From contig JBBRXO010000002.1 of NCBI GenBank assembly GCA_038248345.1, positions 1 through 64,000 on the forward strand: DNA of 64,000 bases, read 5' to 3'. Position 1 is the first letter of the stretch; each line of letters opens with the position of its first letter. A program made the translations under genes and the position numbers. The notes beneath the pieces are model-generated. The model saw nothing but the letters and a program-made list of their open reading frames with translations, was not told where the DNA came from and did no database searches. Source of the stretch: Armatimonadota bacterium (GTDB lineage: Bacteria > Armatimonadota > Hebobacteria > CAIYQO01). This document shows positions 59,887-64,000 of the stretch, piece by piece.

Positions 59887-61008
59887 ATGAAGACCCTGAA
59901 ATTGGCTGGATGGATGAAAGTATCAGCTATCGCAGCAATCTGCTTACTAACCGCATTTATCTTGAGTTCATGCGGCGAAAAGCCAACCCCAACCCCTGGA
60001 AGCGAAGGCGCCACCGGGACGCCCGTTGAATTGATGGGCGCCGGCGCTACCTTCCCTAATCCGCTGTACGTCAAGTGGATGGATGCCTACGCCAAGGCTA
60101 ATCCTGACGTAAAGATCAACTACCAGTCCGTTGGCTCCGGCGCGGGCATCAAGCAACTCCAGGAAGGCACCGTCGACTTCGGCGGCAGCGATGCTCCCCT
60201 GAACGCTGAAGAAACGACTGGTATGAAGGGCGGCTCGGTAGTCCATTTACCGATGGTTGCTGGCGCAGTGGTACTGGCTTACAACCTCCCGGGAATTAAT
60301 TCCGGCCTGAAGCTGACCCCTGAAGTTGTTGCAAACATCTACCTCGGCAAAATTAAAAAATGGAATGACAAGCAGATCACCGCGCTGAACCCGGACATGA
60401 AGTTACCTGATTCTGAAATCGGTACTGTACATCGCAGCGACGGTTCCGGCACCACCTACATCTTCACTTCCTACTTGGCCGCTGTGAACGATGACTGGAA
60501 CAAAATCGGCGCCAATAAATCACCAAAATGGCCAGAAGGCATCGGCATCGGCGGCAAAGGCAACGACGGTATTGCTGCTGAACTGAAGAAGGGTGAAGGC
60601 TCTATCGGCTACGTAGAATTATCCTACGCCGTGCAGAACAAGTTGACCTTCGCTTCGATCAAAAATAAGGCTGGCAACTTCATCGAGCCAACCATCAAGT
60701 CAACCACCGCCGCTATGGCCGGTAAGGCTGCCGATTTGGCAAAAGACATCAAGTCCCCGATCATCAATTCGGATGACAAAGATGCTTATCCCATAGCTGG
60801 CATCACCTATATCATGATCTACACCGACCAGAAGGATCCCAAAAAAGGCCAGGCACTGGTTAATTACCTGAACTGGGCAATTCACGACGGCGAGAAGATG
60901 GCCGAAGAATTACTCTATGCGCCACTACCTGACGCGCTGGTGAAGGTAAACGAGAAAACCCTGGAAACCATCACTACCGGTGGCAAGCCCATCAAAGCCG
61001 GGAAATAG
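59887..61008 (+). CDS. pstS: Phosphate ABC transporter substrate-binding lipoprotein
   Basis: Lipobox LSSC; GAGATFP, GSGAG, DFGGSD, RSDGSGTT. Confidence 0.96.
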   Translation: MKTLKLAGWMKVSAIAAICLLTAFILSSCGEKPTPTPGSEGATGTPVELMGAGATFPNPLYVKWMDAYAKANPDVKINYQSVGSGAGIKQLQEGTVDFGGSDAPLNAEETTGMKGGSVVHLPMVAGAVVLAYNLPGINSGLKLTPEVVANIYLGKIKKWNDKQITALNPDMKLPDSEIGTVHRSDGSGTTYIFTSYLAAVNDDWNKIGANKSPKWPEGIGIGGKGNDGIAAELKKGEGSIGYVELSYAVQNKLTFASIKNKAGNFIEPTIKSTTAAMAGKAADLAKDIKSPIINSDDKDAYPIAGITYIMIYTDQKDPKKGQALVNYLNWAIHDGEKMAEELLYAPLPDALVKVNEKTLETITTGGKPIKAGK

Positions 61009-61033
61009 TTTATCATAGCAATATGATCAGACT

Positions 61034-61067
61034 GGGTGAGGGTCGGTATAACTACCTTCCCTCACCC
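61034..61067 (+). terminator. Stem-loop between pstS and pstC
   Basis: gggtgaggg...ccctcaccc; no U-tract. Confidence 0.5.
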
Positions 61068-61125
61068 GCTAACTTGCCTGATAACACAAAAATGTAATAT
61101 TATAGGATGTTCACGCGGAGGTTTT

Positions 61126-62091
61126 ATGGCACTAGATGCGGACAAGCGAAGTTTAAAACGTCAGGGGATTTTCGGTTCCGGTATTGTAGACCGCTATTTT
61201 CGTTCCATAACCTTTCTACTAGCTATTATCGTACCTATCCTGATCATTGTGTTGGTGTATGTGCTAGGTAAAGAGTCTTCAGCTGCCTGGTTCAAATTCA
61301 ACTGGTCATTCCTCACTTCTTCCAATTGGGATCCGGGTAAAAACGACTATCACGTCTTTTTTGCCATCTATGGTACCATCGTTTCTTCGATACTGGCGTT
61401 GATCATCGCCGTACCACTTAGTCTGGGGGCAGCCGTCTGTCTGTCCGAGCTAGCACCCCGCTGGCTTCGTGAGCCGGCCTCGTTTTTTATCGAATTACTT
61501 GCTGCTGTTCCTAGTATCGTCTATGGTCTCTGGGGTATCTTCGTGATGGCGCCTGTCCTTAAAAACTGTGAAGTGTGGTTAGGACAGAAATTCCCCTATA
61601 TACCACTTTTTGCAGGCACGCCACGTGGCGCTGACATGCTTGCCGCTGGGGTTATCCTGGCTATCATGATATTGCCCTATATCACCAGTGTCTCACGTGA
61701 TGTAATCCAGGCAGTACCTGCCACCCAACGCGAGGCAGCCCTGGCGCTTGGCGCCACACAATGGGAAGCTATCCGCGGACCGGTATTTAAATATGCACGC
61801 TCCGGTATCATCGGGGCTATCATCCTGGGGCTGGGGCGGGCGCTGGGCGAAACTATGGCGGTGACGATGGTGATCGGCAATATGCCCAATGTCTCCGCCT
61901 CCCTCTTCAGTCCGGCCTATACCATGCCCAGCTTGCTGGCTAACCAATTCAACGAGGCCTCGAACATGCAATTATCCGCGCTGACGTTAGTGGCGCTAGT
62001 GCTGGTGGTGATAACGATAATAATCAATATCATCGCCCGACTGCTTATCTGGAGCGTCTCCAGCAAGGGCGAAAATAAGGGGGCCTGCTGA
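61126..62091 (+). CDS. pstC: Phosphate ABC permease PstC
   Basis: WDP, ELLAAVPSIVYGLWG, GRALGETMAV. Confidence 0.95.
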   Translation: MALDADKRSLKRQGIFGSGIVDRYFRSITFLLAIIVPILIIVLVYVLGKESSAAWFKFNWSFLTSSNWDPGKNDYHVFFAIYGTIVSSILALIIAVPLSLGAAVCLSELAPRWLREPASFFIELLAAVPSIVYGLWGIFVMAPVLKNCEVWLGQKFPYIPLFAGTPRGADMLAAGVILAIMILPYITSVSRDVIQAVPATQREAALALGATQWEAIRGPVFKYARSGIIGAIILGLGRALGETMAVTMVIGNMPNVSASLFSPAYTMPSLLANQFNEASNMQLSALTLVALVLVVITIIINIIARLLIWSVSSKGENKGAC

Positions 62092-62960
62092 TGAATAGAC
62101 CGCCATTGCGACAGGCAGGGTTGGCGTTCCGCCGGAATCTCACCAATAAACTGATGTGGATATTCTGCATCGGCGCGACGTTGATTGCCATCGTCCCGCT
62201 GGGGATGATCCTCTTCTACTTGCTCGAAAAAGGGCTTCCGAATCTCTCGCTTAACTTCTTCACCCAGCTTCCCAAACCGATGGGAGAGACCGGCGGAGGC
62301 ATGAAACACGCCATCATCGGGACGATAGAGTTGATCGCCATAGCCAGTTCTTTCGGGCTGCCTACCGGCCTACTGGGTGGGATATATCTGGCTGAATTCG
62401 GCAATAATAAGATTGGCGGCATAATCCGCTTCACTGCCGATATCCTCGCCAGTGTCCCTTCTATTGTCATCGGTATGCTCGTATATACCATCGTAGTACT
62501 CCCCCGGCATCAATTCTCCGCACTAGCAGGCGGCATCGCACTGGGCATCATGATGATCCCCACGGTGACGCGCACTACCGAGGAGATGGTAAAGATGGTA
62601 CCGATGGAACTGCGCGAGTCAGCGCTCTCCCTGGGCGTTACGCGTGTGCGTACTATCTTCACCGTGGTGATAACCGCCGCACGCGGTGGTATTATTACCG
62701 GGGTGTTGCTGGCAATTGCTCGTATCGCTGGCGAGACCGCGCCATTGCTGTTCACAGCTTTCGGTAGTAGGTATTTGAGTACGGATATCAACAAACCTAT
62801 TGCCAGTCTACCAAAACAAATCTATGATTATGCATCTGGTCCCTATGAGGCTGAACATGCACAAGCTTGGACTGGTGCGCTGGTTCTGGTAACATTGATA
62901 TTGGTGTTAAGCGCAACGGCCAGATATGCGACACGCGGCCGTTATCGTATGGTGAGGTAA
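62091..62960 (+). CDS. pstA: Phosphate ABC permease PstA
   Basis: [25 protein letters not shown]. Confidence 0.95.
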   Translation: MNRPPLRQAGLAFRRNLTNKLMWIFCIGATLIAIVPLGMILFYLLEKGLPNLSLNFFTQLPKPMGETGGGMKHAIIGTIELIAIASSFGLPTGLLGGIYLAEFGNNKIGGIIRFTADILASVPSIVIGMLVYTIVVLPRHQFSALAGGIALGIMMIPTVTRTTEEMVKMVPMELRESALSLGVTRVRTIFTVVITAARGGIITGVLLAIARIAGETAPLLFTAFGSRYLSTDINKPIASLPKQIYDYASGPYEAEHAQAWTGALVLVTLILVLSATARYATRGRYRMVR

Positions 62961-63775
62961 TGATGAGTCTTACGATAAATCCGGTTATGAGTACCATTAT
63001 GAACGAAAACAATGTTGAAACTGATGTTAAGATGTCAATTAAGAATCTGAACTTCCTCTATGGGAAGAAACAGACGCTTTTTGATGTCAATATCGAAATC
63101 CGCGAACGGGAGATCACCGCTTTGATCGGGCCTTCCGGCTGCGGTAAATCGACTTTTCTTCGTACGCTGAATCGCATGAATGATGTCATCGAAGACACAC
63201 ATGTGCAAGGTACGGTGCTGCTGGATGGCGAGGATATCTTCGCCCCGGATGTCGACGTGGTAGCGCTTCGTCGCCGCGTGGGCATGGTCTTCCAACGCCC
63301 TACCCCCTTCCCCATGTCTATCTTCGACAACGTCGCCTATGGCGCCCGCATCAACGGGTTGGCAAAAGGCGCAAACCTTCGTGACCTGGTCGAGAAAAGT
63401 CTGAAGCGCGCCGCCCTCTTTGATGAGGTTAAAGACCTGTTACATCAGCCCGCCACCGCACTGTCCGGCGGACAACAACAACGGCTGTGCATCGCCCGTG
63501 TGCTGGCGGTAGAGCCGGAGATGGTGCTGATGGACGAGCCGTGTTCGGCACTGGATCCTATCTCGACGGCGCGTATTGAAGAGCTAATGGTCGAGTTGAA
63601 ACAGGAATATACTATCGTCATCGTCACGCATAACATGCAGCAAGCGGCGCGTGTCTCCGACCGTACCGGCTTCTTCCTCACCGGCGAACTGGTGGAATTC
63701 GACTACTCCACAAAACTATTCACCGACCCTCGCGACAAACGCACAGAAGATTATATAACTGGTCGCTTCGGCTGA
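62960..63775 (+). CDS. pstB: Phosphate ABC ATP-binding protein PstB
   Basis: [37 protein letters not shown]; exact start uncertain. Confidence 0.96.
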   Translation: MMSLTINPVMSTIMNENNVETDVKMSIKNLNFLYGKKQTLFDVNIEIREREITALIGPSGCGKSTFLRTLNRMNDVIEDTHVQGTVLLDGEDIFAPDVDVVALRRRVGMVFQRPTPFPMSIFDNVAYGARINGLAKGANLRDLVEKSLKRAALFDEVKDLLHQPATALSGGQQQRLCIARVLAVEPEMVLMDEPCSALDPISTARIEELMVELKQEYTIVIVTHNMQQAARVSDRTGFFLTGELVEFDYSTKLFTDPRDKRTEDYITGRFG

Positions 63776-63791
63776 TCCAGATTGGAGAAAA

Positions 63792-64000
63792 ATGATATCT
63801 CGTCATCTAGACCGTAGTATGGAAAAACTGAAAAAAATGATTTTGGAGCTGAGTGCCGCCGTGGAACAGGATGTGCAAATGGCGGTGCAAGCTGTGAGCG
63901 AGCGCAGCCCGCGCCTGGCGCAACAGGTGATCGACAGCGATAATGATATCGACAAGCTGGAGGTGGATATCGAAGAGGAATGTCTGCAAATCCTCGCCCT
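63792..64000 (+). CDS. phoU: Phosphate signalling protein PhoU (5' part, runs off window)
   Basis: MISRHLDRSMEKLKKMILEL...VIDSDNDIDKLEVDIEEECLQILA; follows pstB. Confidence 0.9.
   Translation, partial: MISRHLDRSMEKLKKMILELSAAVEQDVQMAVQAVSERSPRLAQQVIDSDNDIDKLEVDIEEECLQILA

Overview
Chromosomal window from a diderm bacterium with Terrabacteria-like gene content. The mix of a secretin, a porin and heptose enzymes with a Firmicutes-style ddl-ftsQ-DUF881-DUF1290 cluster and an H-X9-DG prepilin suggests Armatimonadota; this is inference, not a database result. Main blocks: (i) a minus-strand type IV pilus/T2SS-like operon (Ig/LysM/stalk protein, pilM, pilN with an in-frame TAG, pilO, pilP-like, a 1107-aa secretin with about 10 tandem N-domains, a lipoprotein, pilB and a divergent antiporter-like membrane protein); (ii) hisC, amtB-glnK, iorAB and paaK, interrupted by a prepilin-like gene with an in-frame TAA; (iii) dgt, NlpC/P60, radA, osmC-like, fhs, a partial division cluster, YgiQ radical SAM, a vapBC-type toxin-antitoxin pair and an M3 peptidase; (iv) a NarL/HisKA_3 two-component pair flanking fetAB-like genes, with twin promoters sharing a palindrome; (v) an RfaE-GmhA fusion and a Pho-box-led porin-pstSCAB-phoU cluster. 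Many intergenic spaces hold small palindromic repeat elements from several families, with no transposase in the window, and several genes look leaderless. No rRNA, tRNA or CRISPR array was seen. All family assignments are by motif recognition only.
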